From NCBI GenBank assembly GCA_963666285.1, contig OY762711.1: DNA of 64,000 nt. One strand, written 5' to 3'. This stretch comes from Sedimentisphaerales bacterium (GTDB lineage: Bacteria > Planctomycetota > Phycisphaerae > Sedimentisphaerales > SM23-30). Within the stretch, counting starts at the first letter, position 1. Each line of letters begins with the position of its first letter. The notes beneath the pieces were generated by a model, which saw only the letters and a list, made by a program, of their open reading frames with translations, was not told the origin of the DNA and searched no databases. Positions 39,283 through 50,685 of the stretch are shown here, one piece after another. The translations under genes were made by a program, and so were the position numbers.

Positions 39283-40800
39283 CTAAAACGGCATTGGTTG
39301 TGGTGAAGAGGTCGGTCCCCAAATTTCCAGAATATCCGGGCCGTTTTTTTGCGGCACAAACTGTACTCTATCGATTGACATTGCCCTTGGTTCGGTCTCA
39401 TTTAAGGTATTATGGCGATGGTATACGATAAACATATTCTTTCCGTCGGGCGATGTGGTCAAAGTATGATGTGCTGTTCCATGTGCATATGATGTAGATT
39501 TCATGATTGGGTTATATTCATACTTTTTCCATGGTCCCAGCGGGTTTTCGCTTGTTGCATAACCTACCGCATATTCCGGACTCTCGAAATGGCTGCCGGA
39601 ATATGTCAGATAATACGTCCCTTTATGCTTGATGATTTCCGGTCCTTCGGTAACCCTGGCCATATGCTGTTCCCAGGCCTGGTCCGGTCTCACCATCATC
39701 TTTAGACTGCTTTCATCAACGCTTATCATATCATCGTTTAGCTTGCCGCCCCAGATTTCGTTTCCGTTATTAAAGTGTACATAATAGAAGTAATACTGGC
39801 CATCGTCATCCTTAAAGACATGGCCGTCAATCTTTATTGAATCAGGTTCTATTGGATTTTGTACTTTCTGTACAAATGGTCCAAGAGGCGTTTTGGCTAT
39901 AGATACACACATTCTCTCTGCTGCGGCATGGTAAAGATAATATACACCGTCTTTTTCTACTATATCGGGGGCCCAGAAGCCCCAATCACCCCAGCTGTCA
40001 TCATTTTTCAGAATATAGCCGTGGTCCTCCCAATCTACCAGGTTCTTGGAGGTGTACAGCCTTATTCCTTTGGTCATCCTGGGGAAGTCAGGTGAATATG
40101 TACAATATGCGTAGTAAGTTCCATTAAATATTTTCACCACCGGGTCAGCACATCCGGCTTGAACAGGGTTGGTATAGCTCTTTTTCAGTTTAGCTGGGGA
40201 GTATTCCTTTATGCTGAAGTTGCGAAAACTTACTTTGCCGCCCAGTGCCCTCAGTCCGATCTGGCCATTGGTAAATGTGCTGTTAATACCGTCGATCTTT
40301 GGAAAACGTAACACAGGCTCCTTCATATTGTCAACATAAAATAATATATGGTTGCCGGCAGCCAGCAGACGAAGTTTGTACCATTTGCCAGCGATAATAT
40401 CACCTGGTTTGGATGCCACCAGATTCCAGTTATTATCTACGCTGCCCCATATAGCCATATTGCTTTTGGTATCAATTCCGGCATAATATCCTTTATAGGC
40501 ATCGACGCCTTCTCCAGGCTCAGATACTCTGAATACAAATCCTGCCTGGCTGCCTTTTGTTTCCGCTTTGACTTCAACCTGAACTTCAAAGTCTGAGATT
40601 TTCAGATCTTTTATAAGAAGTTTTGGCCCACCCTCACCATTAACATTCAGTGTTTTATTGTCAACAGACCAGTTGCCGCCAAAAGTCTGCCAGCTGGTTA
40701 GCTTTTTATTGCTGAAATTATCCTGGAATATTATTTTGCCGTGTAAAATGTTTATTGTCAGCAGGAAAAATATTGATGTGAATAGTACGATTCTTTTCAT
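39283..40800 (-). CDS. Secreted GH43 glycoside hydrolase with N-terminal DUF1080-like beta-sandwich
   Basis: ADPVV, FWAPD, IDGHVF, EGPE, YYLTYS; signal peptide. Confidence 0.9.
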   Translation of the reverse strand: MKRIVLFTSIFFLLTINILHGKIIFQDNFSNKKLTSWQTFGGNWSVDNKTLNVNGEGGPKLLIKDLKISDFEVQVEVKAETKGSQAGFVFRVSEPGEGVDAYKGYYAGIDTKSNMAIWGSVDNNWNLVASKPGDIIAGKWYKLRLLAAGNHILFYVDNMKEPVLRFPKIDGINSTFTNGQIGLRALGGKVSFRNFSIKEYSPAKLKKSYTNPVQAGCADPVVKIFNGTYYAYCTYSPDFPRMTKGIRLYTSKNLVDWEDHGYILKNDDSWGDWGFWAPDIVEKDGVYYLYHAAAERMCVSIAKTPLGPFVQKVQNPIEPDSIKIDGHVFKDDDGQYYFYYVHFNNGNEIWGGKLNDDMISVDESSLKMMVRPDQAWEQHMARVTEGPEIIKHKGTYYLTYSGSHFESPEYAVGYATSENPLGPWKKYEYNPIMKSTSYAHGTAHHTLTTSPDGKNMFIVYHRHNTLNETEPRAMSIDRVQFVPQKNGPDILEIWGPTSSPQPMPF

Positions 40801-40901
40801 TGTAACTAGATCCTCTTAGGTTGACATTTTTTTATCCGATATTTGTCATTATTCTAGCTGTAATAAAGAATATAACAACTATTTTCTATCGGATGGATTC
40901 A

Positions 40902-42410
40902 TCATTTGATTAATACAGGCTGTGGTGAGGAGGTTGGTCCCCAAACTTCCAGTATGTCCGGTCCGCTTTTCTGCGGTACAAATTGTATCCTGTCAATAGA
41001 TAGTTTTCTTGGACTGACACGGTCCAGGCTGTAATGACGATGATATACGATAAACATATCATTTCCGTCAGGTGATGCTGTCAGTGTGTGATGTGCTGTT
41101 CCATGGGCATATGAAGTTGATTTCATGATCGGGTTGTATTTGTATTTCTTCCATGGGCCAAGCGGGGTGTCACTTGTCGCATAGCCGACTGCATATTCCG
41201 GGCTCTGGAAATGGCTGCCGGAATATGTCAGGTAATACGTCCCTTTATGCTTGATGACCTCCGGACCTTCTGTGACTCTGCCCATGTCTTGTTCCCAGGG
41301 TTCATCCGGTCTTACCATCATCTTCAAGCTGCTCTCATCTACAGTTATCATATCGTCATTAAGTTTTCCGGCCCAGATTTCGTTGCCATTATTGAAATGT
41401 ACATAGTACAGGTAATACTGGCCATCATCATCCTTAAAAACATGGGCATCTATTTTTATTGAATCCGGTTCCAGGGGCTTTTTTATTTCCTGCTTGAATG
41501 GTCCCAGCGGACTTTTGGAGGTGGCAACACAAATCCTTTCTTCTACGGCATAATACAGGTAATATATGCCATTCTTCTCTACGATATCAGGTGCCCAGAA
41601 ACTATGCCTGCCCCAGCTGTCAGCATCTTTAATTGCAAAACCTCTGTCTTCCCAGTTTACCAGGTTCGTGGAGGTAAACAATCTTATCCCGTTTACCTTG
41701 TCTGTACTACGCAGCGTATATGTACAGTATAAGTAATATATCCCGTCAAACAGTTTCACTACCGGGTCTGCACATCCCGGTTGAATAGGGTTGATATAGC
41801 TCTTTTCCAATTTGGCAGGGGAGTATTCCTTGACCGAAAACCTGCGATAACTTACTTTGCCGCCGGTTGCCCACAGGCCGACCAGGCCACTCTTAAACGC
41901 TGTATGGATTCCATCAATTTTAGGAAAACGTAATATGGGCTCCTTTATATTGTCAACATACAGAATAACATTATCTCCATCTGCCAGCAGCCTCAGTTTA
42001 TACCATCTGCCTGGTATTATTTCGCCCGGTTTTGAAGCCAGTAATTCCGATTTATTATCAGCGTATTCCCAAACTGCCAGTTGTTTGGCTGTATCTATTC
42101 CAGCGAAATATCCCTTAATGTCGTCAGATCCTTCTGGGATTCGAAACGCAATTCCGGCTTTGGCTCCCTGAGATAATACTTTTACTTCTACTTGCAGCTC
42201 AATATTACCGGTACTAATGCCATCTACTAGTAATATAGTTTTGCCTTTGCTATTTGTAGACAATACTTTATTTTGTACCGTCCATTGATCTTCTGTTTTG
42301 TGCCAGCCGCTTAGCTTGCTGTCAGTAAAATTATCTTCAAAAAGTGTTTTTCCGTAAGAAGTACTTAAAAATAGCAATAATACGGCAATAATAAATAATA
42401 CTTTTTTCAT
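40902..42410 (-). CDS. Secreted GH43 glycoside hydrolase, tandem paralog
   Basis: Same architecture and catalytic motifs as 39283-40800. Confidence 0.9.
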   Translation of the reverse strand: MKKVLFIIAVLLLFLSTSYGKTLFEDNFTDSKLSGWHKTEDQWTVQNKVLSTNSKGKTILLVDGISTGNIELQVEVKVLSQGAKAGIAFRIPEGSDDIKGYFAGIDTAKQLAVWEYADNKSELLASKPGEIIPGRWYKLRLLADGDNVILYVDNIKEPILRFPKIDGIHTAFKSGLVGLWATGGKVSYRRFSVKEYSPAKLEKSYINPIQPGCADPVVKLFDGIYYLYCTYTLRSTDKVNGIRLFTSTNLVNWEDRGFAIKDADSWGRHSFWAPDIVEKNGIYYLYYAVEERICVATSKSPLGPFKQEIKKPLEPDSIKIDAHVFKDDDGQYYLYYVHFNNGNEIWAGKLNDDMITVDESSLKMMVRPDEPWEQDMGRVTEGPEVIKHKGTYYLTYSGSHFQSPEYAVGYATSDTPLGPWKKYKYNPIMKSTSYAHGTAHHTLTASPDGNDMFIVYHRHYSLDRVSPRKLSIDRIQFVPQKSGPDILEVWGPTSSPQPVLIK

Positions 42411-42835
42411 ATTTATTTAATTCTAAAAGGTTTATATGTTTAATTAATAAATTTAATCTAACATACTATTACACTGAATTGAATAATTAAACAACTATTT
42501 TCTGAAAACAGATCTTATTGCAGGTATTCCTAAATGAATCAGCCAATTCGTAGATGAAAAGGATGATTTTTGGGGAACAGATTAGTCTTAAAGAGAAAGC
42601 TCTTGGTCTGTGTCTTGGCAATATATATAATTTTTTGCTGCTTTGTTCACAGCAATAAGACGGAATATTGTCAAAAAAACTCCTGAAAATAATAATAATG
42701 GAAAAATTCAAACAGTTCTGCGAATGGATTAATGTTTGTTGACGATATTCTTGTCAGGTGCTTATAATATCAATATAAGAGAAGTGGAAATATGATTTTT
42801 GTAATTCTTTATAAGTTTTAAGGAGTAAAAGAATT

Positions 42836-43075
42836 ATGAACCAGCCTTTTTTGATATCTTTTATCTTGTGTGTTTGCCAGGTATACAATGTTTGTGCTGA
42901 TATCGTGTGCGAGAAATCTAATATCTTTAGCGATATTGATCATAGTGTGAACTTTAGCCCAATTATCTCTGTAGATATCCCTGAACCGGCAACAGTATTT
43001 TTGCTGGTAGTTGGTGGGCTAATTGTAATAAACAAAGGGAGGTTCTTTTCTTCATTTTTCTTCCACAAACATTGA
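42836..43075 (+). CDS. Minimal PEP-CTERM protein
   Basis: RBS AAGGAG; signal-like N-terminus; IPEPATVFLLVVGGLIVINKGR. Confidence 0.65.
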   Translation: MNQPFLISFILCVCQVYNVCADIVCEKSNIFSDIDHSVNFSPIISVDIPEPATVFLLVVGGLIVINKGRFFSSFFFHKH

Positions 43076-43202
43076 GAAGTTCTCTACTTACAGGTAGTTG
43101 GCTGTTTATCTAATCCCTTTAATCACAGTTAGTTAGGTTAGGTGTCCATCATCGCTTGAATCTTATGTCTCACAAATTGCCCATCGTTTAGTTTTGTATG
43201 AT

Positions 43203-43829
43203 TTATTGTAATTTATTATTGCTGGCATATCTTATTCTTCTTTTTGAAGCAAATGCCAATGCACCAATTGAAATTAATATTAAGCTTGTTGGTTCTGGGA
43301 CCAGTGTACCTATAAACTCGAGATATGCTTCACTGAATTTTATTTCTAAATTTGAAAGTAGTTCATCGCATACCAAGGGTGTTTCCCAAATACCTCCATA
43401 AACTGTAATTTGTTGTGTCAGATCGTAACCTTCTATATTGATAGCGTTTGACAGCAAAGAGAGTTTTTCTGGTGTTTCGCCAAATCTTTCAATCAAAGCG
43501 TTAGGGGTTAAGATGATCTGATCGATATTGAGATTTAAATCCAATAAGGGTTCATCTCCATAAACCTCGATAAAATCGTCATGTGGATTACCATCATTAT
43601 CAGTATAAGTTATTGACTGCAAACCTTTTGCTAAAGAGTAAGTTTCGAAGTGATATGCAAAATATATCGACTCGATTTCGGCGAAATCTTCTAGGTAGTC
43701 GCTGTTAATGTTATAATGAAAAGTGCCAGGAAATGTTATATCTTCCATGGGGATGGGAATTTGGATAGTAGCTGAATAGGCATAGGAAAGCAATAGGCAC
43801 ATCAATAAAATAGTTAAATTTTCGCTCAT
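43203..43829 (-). CDS. PEP-CTERM exported protein
   Basis: Signal peptide; VPEPTSLILISIGALAFASKRR. Confidence 0.88.
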   Translation of the reverse strand: MSENLTILLMCLLLSYAYSATIQIPIPMEDITFPGTFHYNINSDYLEDFAEIESIYFAYHFETYSLAKGLQSITYTDNDGNPHDDFIEVYGDEPLLDLNLNIDQIILTPNALIERFGETPEKLSLLSNAINIEGYDLTQQITVYGGIWETPLVCDELLSNLEIKFSEAYLEFIGTLVPEPTSLILISIGALAFASKRRIRYASNNKLQ

Positions 43830-44146
43830 GGTATATCTGTCTCCTTATTTTGAACATAACTTATAATAAATGTAACAATAATTGTAATTTATCATGTTCG
43901 TTGACCTGTATCAAGACAATAAGTGTTTTTTATCTTCATTACTTTTGTTTATATTCGGTCAATAATTGACTGGTAAAATCAGTTAAAAATTGATATAATT
44001 TTGCGATTTTGTAACTATATTGGCCCAATGGAAGGCCCAGTAGTGCACTATTTGTGTATAATGACAAGTAAATACGACAGCATTTTGTTAAAGTAGGCAA
44101 TTTGCTCGGGGGTATTAATTTACGCTAGAGAGTTTTAGAAAAAACT

Positions 44147-47100
44147 ATGCCAAAACGGACAGATATTAAAAAGATTTTGATTATCGGTTCCGGTCCTATT
44201 GTGATCGGACAGGGATGTGAATTTGACTATTCCGGTACCCAGGCCTGTAAAGCCCTTCGCGAGGAGGGGTATGAAATAGTGCTGGTTAATTCCAATCCAG
44301 CAACTATTATGACTGACCCGCAATTTGCCGACCGTACCTATATTGAGCCTATTACGACCGAAGCTGTTGAGAAAATTATTGCAGCTGAGCGTCCAGATGC
44401 GGTTTTGCCTACTCTTGGCGGACAGACCGGGCTCAATACAGCAGTTCAGCTTGCTGATGCCGGGGTATTCGAAAAATATAATGTTGAGATGATTGGTGCC
44501 AATCGTGAAGTTATCCATAAGGCAGAAGACAGGACTTTGTTTCGCAATGCCATGGATAAAATCGGCCTGAAAATGCCTCGAAGCAAAGTAGTAAATAATA
44601 TGGAAGAGGCCTGGAAGGTACTTGATTTTGTCGGATTGCCGGCAATTATTCGCCCATCATTTACCCTTGGCGGCACAGGAGGCGGTATTGCATATAATAA
44701 AAAAGACTTTGAGGAAATCTGTTCTCGAGGTATTGAGTACTCTATGATCAATGAAGTTCTTATCGAACAGTCTGTTATTGGCTGGAAAGAATATGAGCTT
44801 GAGGTAATGAGAGATGTCAACGATAATGTAGTTATCGTTTGTTCTATCGAAAATATTGATGCGATGGGGGTTCATACCGGCGATTCTATTACTGTTGCTC
44901 CATCTCAGACTCTTACAGACAAAGAATACCAGCTCATGCGTGATGCCGCTATTGATATTATGCGTGAAATTGGTGTAGAAACCGGCGGTAGTAACGTTCA
45001 GTTTGCTATCAACCCTGCCGATGGTGAAATGATTGTTGTTGAAATGAACCCGCGTGTGTCGCGAAGCTCTGCTTTGGCTTCAAAAGCAACCGGTTTCCCA
45101 ATTGCAAAGATTGCAGCTAAACTTGCGGTTGGATACACACTTGATGAAATTTCAAATGACATTACCCGTGAAACACCGGCTTGCTTTGAGCCTACCATAG
45201 ACTATGTTGTTACTAAAATACCTCGCTGGACCTTTGAAAAATTCCCTGAAGCTGACGAAACTCTTACCACCCAGATGAAAAGTGTTGGTGAGGGCATGAG
45301 TATTGGCCGCACATTTAAAGAATCTCTGCAAAAGGGTATTCGTTCAATGGAGATCAAGCGTTACGGTTTGGGGCTTGATCGCAATGATAAATGGCTAAGA
45401 TATATGAGAGACGAAGATGTGCTTGACGCTTCCGAAAAGAGTGGTGGCGATGAAGGGCCCATTCAGTCTTCTTTCCCGATTCCGGAAGACAGGCTTAGCC
45501 GCAAACTGTCAGAACCTAGCCGTGGAAGATTATATTATGTGCGTTATGCGTTCAAGCAGGGATGGTCGGTAGAAAAAGTACATGATCTTACCTTGATTGA
45601 TAAATGGTTCCTGACAAACATTAAGGAATTGATTGATTTTGAAGATCAGCTGGCTGCTGTTAATACAATCGACAATATTTCTTACGAACTGCTTAGTCAG
45701 GCCAAGCAGTGGGGTTATAGTGACTACCAACTTGCCCATCTTTATCACACTACAGAACGAGTCGTACGAGAAAAATGTGAGCAACTCAACATCCAGGTCA
45801 GTTATAAACTTGTAGACACCTGTGCTGCTGAATTCGAAGCTTATACACCGTATTATTATTCAACTCACGAAAAACCGATTACCATCATAAATGACAAAGG
45901 GCAGGCTCAGCAATACTTTGATGATGAGATTCGTGTTACCAATAAAAAGAAAATTATGATTCTGGGTGGCGGTCCTAACCGCATTGGTCAGGGTATTGAA
46001 TTTGACTATTGCTGTGTTCACGCTGCTTTTGCTGCCCGTGAACTTGGCTTTGAAGCTATTATGGTCAACAGTAACCCGGAAACAGTCAGTACAGACTATG
46101 ACACTTCTGATATGCTGTTTTTCGAGCCGTTGACTTTGGAAGACGTGCTGAATATATGTGAAAAGCTTGGTGATAAGCTATATGGTGTTATTGTCCAGTT
46201 TGGCGGACAAACTCCGCTGAATCTTGCTCGTTCGCTTCAGGATGCAGGAGTTCCAATAATTGGCACAAGTGTTGAAAGTATAGATCTTGCCGAAGACCGC
46301 AAACGTTTTGGTAATCTTCTTGATCAGCTGGGGCTTCAGGCACCGCCAAATGGCACCGCTACTACAATTCAGGAAGCTCGAGCTATTGCAGAACGAATTG
46401 GTTATCCGGTTCTGGTACGGCCTAGTTATGTTCTGGGCGGTCGTGCCATGGAAATAGTCAGCGATAGTACTCAACTTGATAATTATATGGCCAAGGCTGT
46501 TGATGCTTCAACTGTCGGTCGTGACCATCCGGTGCTTGTTGATAAATTCCTTGATATGGCAATCGAAGTTGATGCAGACGCAGTTTACGATGGCGAGCAG
46601 GTACTTGTCTGTGGTATTATGGAACATATTGAACAGGCAGGTATTCATTCCGGAGACTCTGCTTGTGCTCTTCCGCCATATTCACTTGATGATGATATTA
46701 TTGAAGAGATTCGTTTACAGGCCGTTAAGCTGGCTGAAGGGCTAAATGTTCGCGGTTTGATGAATGTTCAGTTTGCTGTTAAGGATGGCAAGGTTTTTGT
46801 TATCGAGGTTAATCCCAGAGCTTCTCGTACTGTTCCTTTTGTTAGTAAAGCAACAGGTATTCCATGGGCTAAGGTTGCCGCTAAGGTAATGGCCGGTATT
46901 TCGCTTAAGGAACAAGGTGTAACAGAAGCCTTTATACCAGAGCATACATCTGTTAAAGAAAGTGTATTTCCGTTTACAAAATTCCCTGGAGTTGATGTTA
47001 TTCTTGGCCCGGAAATGAGGTCAACCGGTGAAGTAATGGGTATCGATCATAATTTTGCCCTTGCTTTTGCCAAGAGCCAGATGGCTGCCGGAACTAATCT

Positions 47101-47503
47101 CCCGCTGGATGGAAAGATATTTCTTTCTGTTCGAACTGAAGATCAGCCTCGCGTGCTTGAACTTGCACGCTCTTTGGATGAAATGGGCTTCGAGCTGCTT
47201 TGTACTCGTGGTACAGGTGAATATCTGGATCAGAACGGTGTTAATAACACTATCTTAAAGAAAATTATTGAGGGCAGGCCAAATATAAGTGATTATATTT
47301 TGAATGGTGAAGTATCTCTTATTATAAACACGCCTACTCGAAAAGGTATGACTACAGATGAGGGGCGTATCAGGGCTACAGCTGTCATGCATAGGGTTCC
47401 AATGATCACTACTACTACCGCTGCTGCCGCTGCGGTTGCGGCCATTGCCGAGATGAAAAAAGGTGAATGGGGAGTTAAGGCTCTTCAGGACTATTTTGAA
47501 TAA
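44147..47503 (+). CDS. carB: Carbamoyl-phosphate synthase large subunit
   Basis: [22 protein letters not shown]; two ATP-grasp halves; MGS domain. Confidence 0.99.
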   Translation: MPKRTDIKKILIIGSGPIVIGQGCEFDYSGTQACKALREEGYEIVLVNSNPATIMTDPQFADRTYIEPITTEAVEKIIAAERPDAVLPTLGGQTGLNTAVQLADAGVFEKYNVEMIGANREVIHKAEDRTLFRNAMDKIGLKMPRSKVVNNMEEAWKVLDFVGLPAIIRPSFTLGGTGGGIAYNKKDFEEICSRGIEYSMINEVLIEQSVIGWKEYELEVMRDVNDNVVIVCSIENIDAMGVHTGDSITVAPSQTLTDKEYQLMRDAAIDIMREIGVETGGSNVQFAINPADGEMIVVEMNPRVSRSSALASKATGFPIAKIAAKLAVGYTLDEISNDITRETPACFEPTIDYVVTKIPRWTFEKFPEADETLTTQMKSVGEGMSIGRTFKESLQKGIRSMEIKRYGLGLDRNDKWLRYMRDEDVLDASEKSGGDEGPIQSSFPIPEDRLSRKLSEPSRGRLYYVRYAFKQGWSVEKVHDLTLIDKWFLTNIKELIDFEDQLAAVNTIDNISYELLSQAKQWGYSDYQLAHLYHTTERVVREKCEQLNIQVSYKLVDTCAAEFEAYTPYYYSTHEKPITIINDKGQAQQYFDDEIRVTNKKKIMILGGGPNRIGQGIEFDYCCVHAAFAARELGFEAIMVNSNPETVSTDYDTSDMLFFEPLTLEDVLNICEKLGDKLYGVIVQFGGQTPLNLARSLQDAGVPIIGTSVESIDLAEDRKRFGNLLDQLGLQAPPNGTATTIQEARAIAERIGYPVLVRPSYVLGGRAMEIVSDSTQLDNYMAKAVDASTVGRDHPVLVDKFLDMAIEVDADAVYDGEQVLVCGIMEHIEQAGIHSGDSACALPPYSLDDDIIEEIRLQAVKLAEGLNVRGLMNVQFAVKDGKVFVIEVNPRASRTVPFVSKATGIPWAKVAAKVMAGISLKEQGVTEAFIPEHTSVKESVFPFTKFPGVDVILGPEMRSTGEVMGIDHNFALAFAKSQMAAGTNLPLDGKIFLSVRTEDQPRVLELARSLDEMGFELLCTRGTGEYLDQNGVNNTILKKIIEGRPNISDYILNGEVSLIINTPTRKGMTTDEGRIRATAVMHRVPMITTTTAAAAAVAAIAEMKKGEWGVKALQDYFE

Positions 47504-47576
47504 TTTATTTATTGTTAGACTATATATTGGGTTATTTTTATTTTTGAAGCTGGATATTTAATAGATAGAGAGAATA

Positions 47577-49202
47577 ATGAAAACAACAATTAATTTTTTA
47601 GTATTGCTGCTAGTAAGTATTTTTTGCATTTGTAGCACATTAAATGCGGACCTGAATGTTATTCCACATCCTCAGTCAGTTACAGAGGGGAAGGGATTTT
47701 TTAACATAAATGAAACTACTTCAATAGTAGCTACACCTGGAGCAGAAATGCTGGCGAAATATCTTGCCGAGCTTATAAGGCCTGCAACCGGGTATAAACT
47801 GAGTGTCCGTTCCAATAACATTGAAGTTATGCCTCAGAATAGTATTTATCTACAACTTTACCGAAATAAAGGGCGTAATAACCCTGAAGCATATACTCTT
47901 AAGGTTACTCCGGAAAGTATACTTATTATTGCTTCTGACCTTCAAGGGATTTTCTATGGCATACAAACTGTCAGGCAGCTTTTGCCTGCTGAGATTGAAA
48001 GTAAACAGAAAATTGAAAACTTCAGATGGTCTGTTCCTTCAGTTGAGATAAAGGATTTTCCCCGCTTTCAATGGCGTGGCATGCATCTGGATGTATGTCG
48101 CCATATGTTCCCGGTCGAATTTATCAAACAGTACATTGATGTAATGGCAATGTATAAGCTAAATACTTTCCACTGGCATCTTACCGAAGATCAGGGTTGG
48201 CGAATCGAGATCAAAAAATATCCTAAATTAGCTGAAATTGCATCTAAACGTGATTCTACTCCGATTCCTGCAGACAGAAGTAAATCGGACGGTAAGCCAT
48301 ATGGTGGGTATTATACCCAGGAGCAGGTCAAAGAGATCGTAGCCTATGCAGCTGATCGTTTCATTACCGTTGTTCCGGAAATCGAGATGCCCGGCCATTC
48401 TGTTGCCGCACTTACTGCATACCCTGAACTGGGTTGTACCGGTGGGCCATATAAGGTAAGAACAACCTGGGGTGTTGAAGAAGATGTATATTGTGCCGGT
48501 AATGAACAGACATTTGAGTTTCTCGAAAATGTAATGAATGAGGTTTTGGAACTATTTCCTTCACGAGTTATTCATATAGGTGGCGATGAATGTCCTAAAA
48601 CTCGCTGGCATGAATGTCCCAAATGTCAGAAGCGAATGAAAGATAATAATTTACCGGACGAGCACGCCTTACAAAGTTATTTTATTACACGTATGGAAAA
48701 ATATCTTAATTCCAAAGGGCGTGTAATTATTGGCTGGGATGAGATTCTTGAAGGCGGTCTGGCACCAAATGCGATGGTAATGAGCTGGCGTGGTACAGAA
48801 GGTGGCCTGGCAGCTGCCAGACAGAATCACTATGTTGTTATGTCGCCTAACAGTCATTGTTACTTTGACCATTATCAATCAAAAGACCAGTCAAAAGAAC
48901 CACCTGCGATTGGTGGCTTTTTACCGCTTGATAAGGTATATAGTTACAATCCCGTCCCGGATGAGCTTACTGCTAAACAGAGAAAATATATCAAAGGCGT
49001 ACAGGCCAATCTCTGGACTGAATATATTCCAACCGTAGAACAGGCCCAGTATATGGCATACCCGCGTGAACTGGCTCTAGCTGAGGTAGCCTGGACCGCT
49101 GAAAATCTTAAATCTTACCAGCGTTTTCTTAATACGCTTAAAACAGAACTCAAGCGGCTAGATCTTTTGAAGGTCAATTACCGCAATCCGTTTGAAAATT
49201 AA
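47577..49202 (+). CDS. Beta-N-acetylhexosaminidase (GH20), secreted
   Basis: WRGMHLDVCRH, FHWHLTEDQGWR, PEIEMPGH, HIGGDE. Confidence 0.95.
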   Translation: MKTTINFLVLLLVSIFCICSTLNADLNVIPHPQSVTEGKGFFNINETTSIVATPGAEMLAKYLAELIRPATGYKLSVRSNNIEVMPQNSIYLQLYRNKGRNNPEAYTLKVTPESILIIASDLQGIFYGIQTVRQLLPAEIESKQKIENFRWSVPSVEIKDFPRFQWRGMHLDVCRHMFPVEFIKQYIDVMAMYKLNTFHWHLTEDQGWRIEIKKYPKLAEIASKRDSTPIPADRSKSDGKPYGGYYTQEQVKEIVAYAADRFITVVPEIEMPGHSVAALTAYPELGCTGGPYKVRTTWGVEEDVYCAGNEQTFEFLENVMNEVLELFPSRVIHIGGDECPKTRWHECPKCQKRMKDNNLPDEHALQSYFITRMEKYLNSKGRVIIGWDEILEGGLAPNAMVMSWRGTEGGLAAARQNHYVVMSPNSHCYFDHYQSKDQSKEPPAIGGFLPLDKVYSYNPVPDELTAKQRKYIKGVQANLWTEYIPTVEQAQYMAYPRELALAEVAWTAENLKSYQRFLNTLKTELKRLDLLKVNYRNPFEN

Positions 49203-49252
49203 TTTATAAATCTTAAATTATCCAGCATAGAGAATAGTTAGAAAGGAAAGAT

Positions 49253-49753
49253 ATGTCGACACAGGATAATCTAATGGCCGCTTTTGCCGGCGAATCACAG
49301 GCTAACCGTAAATACCTTGCGTATGCGAAGGAGGCGGAAAAAGCAGGCCTGCCACAAGTTGCAAAACTTTTCAGGGCAGCAGCAGAAGCAGAAACTGTAC
49401 ACGCTCATACCCATCTGCGTAATGCCGGTGGTATAAATGATACTATTGCCAATCTTAAGGATGCTATTGCCGGCGAAAGCCATGAATTTAAGAGTATGTA
49501 TCCGGGTTTTATCGAAGAAGCTGAAAAAGAGGGCGTTAAAGGTGCTCTTAAAGGATTCCAGATGGCCAATACTGTTGAAGAAATTCACTTCAACCTGTAT
49601 TCTGAAGCATTAAAGAGTGTTGAAGGTGGCAGCGATCTTCCCGAACAGAAGATCTTTGTTTGCAGTGTTTGCGGCAACACTGTTTACGGCGAAGCTGAAG
49701 ACAAATGCTCAGTCTGTAACGTTGCCAAAGATAAATTCTTTGAAGTTAAATAA
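49253..49753 (+). CDS. rbr: Rubrerythrin
   Basis: AFAGESQANRKY, EAETVHA, C-terminal CSVCG..CSVC. Confidence 0.95.
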   Translation: MSTQDNLMAAFAGESQANRKYLAYAKEAEKAGLPQVAKLFRAAAEAETVHAHTHLRNAGGINDTIANLKDAIAGESHEFKSMYPGFIEEAEKEGVKGALKGFQMANTVEEIHFNLYSEALKSVEGGSDLPEQKIFVCSVCGNTVYGEAEDKCSVCNVAKDKFFEVK

Positions 49754-49783
49754 TAAGACGAAATAAATAGTCTTTTTTCTCTT

Positions 49784-49813
49784 AGGCCGGTGAATATTCT
49801 CTCCGGCCTTTTT
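49784..49813. terminator. Terminator between convergent rbr and DsrE-like genes
   Basis: AGGCCGG...CCGGCCT followed by TTTT. Confidence 0.65.
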
Positions 49814-49838
49814 CATGTATCTCAAAATGACTTATTCG

Positions 49839-50189
49839 CTAGAAAGTAATGATTTCATATCCTTCTTCCATGTATTTCGCTATAGCCGGGTGGCCATGCA
49901 TTTCGCCATTGATATTATAATTTTGCTCTTGTGCACTCTCCAGGCTGCCCATCTTGGAAGCACATGCCTTGCAGATACAGTCAAACATTCCCATGTCACG
50001 AACTTTCTTGTATAAATCGCCGAACATTGCACCTTCTTCGTTCAGCTCTTTTACCAGCTTAACCGCTGCACCTTCGATTATTACTTTTACTTCAAAACCG
50101 CGTTCTTTCATGTCAAGTGCGTTAAGAAGTACGTGTACAAAACACATCGCCTCACCTTGAAACGCCACTAATGCAACTTTTTTACTCAT
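49839..50189 (-). CDS. DsrE-like protein
   Basis: VKVIIEGAAVKL, CICKAC, GHPAIAKYMEEGYEIITF. Confidence 0.8.
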   Translation of the reverse strand: MSKKVALVAFQGEAMCFVHVLLNALDMKERGFEVKVIIEGAAVKLVKELNEEGAMFGDLYKKVRDMGMFDCICKACASKMGSLESAQEQNYNINGEMHGHPAIAKYMEEGYEIITF

Positions 50190-50442
50190 AGTATATCTCC
50201 AATAGCTGAAATTAAGTTTGAAATAGTATATACGCTTTCTTATGGTAATGGCAATATATAATCTTAATACTTTTGGTCTTTTTATTTTCTAAGTAAATTA
50301 TTATGGGACTTTATACTTTTGTGTATCAGTAAATTAAAGATAAAACTTGAAATATTTTATGTATGACTTAATTATTTTCCGAGTTAGATATGGGCTTGAG
50401 TTTTTTATATAATAATATTTAATATAGGTATAAATGAGTAAA

Positions 50443-50647
50443 AGTTATCTTTCGCAGTTTTAAAGTTGCAATAACGAAGTGCCTTTGGTAAATCGCCTTA
50501 AAGGACTTTCCTGCAACATATTTGATAAATATACTTTCGAGAAATAGACTGGAAACACAATTAAATGTAGCGTTTTTCATTTACTTGGCTTTGTTTCAGC
50601 CATTACGTGTAATGTTGAATCGTCAAAAGTGTGATGCCGTACTAATA
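50443..50647 (+). ncRNA. Candidate structured leader RNA, copy 1 (unassigned motif)
   Basis: Collinear homology to 53231-53414 with conserved, partly covarying stems; ends about 40 nt before the MBOAT start. Confidence 0.5.
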
Positions 50648-50685
50648 CATAATGATTTATGTTTCGCTCATTTTTATAAATTGAA

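Noticed and set aside
44147..47503. carB without adjacent carA, and a short internal insertion
   Set aside because: Split carA/carB loci and loop insertions are common; nothing else points to novelty.
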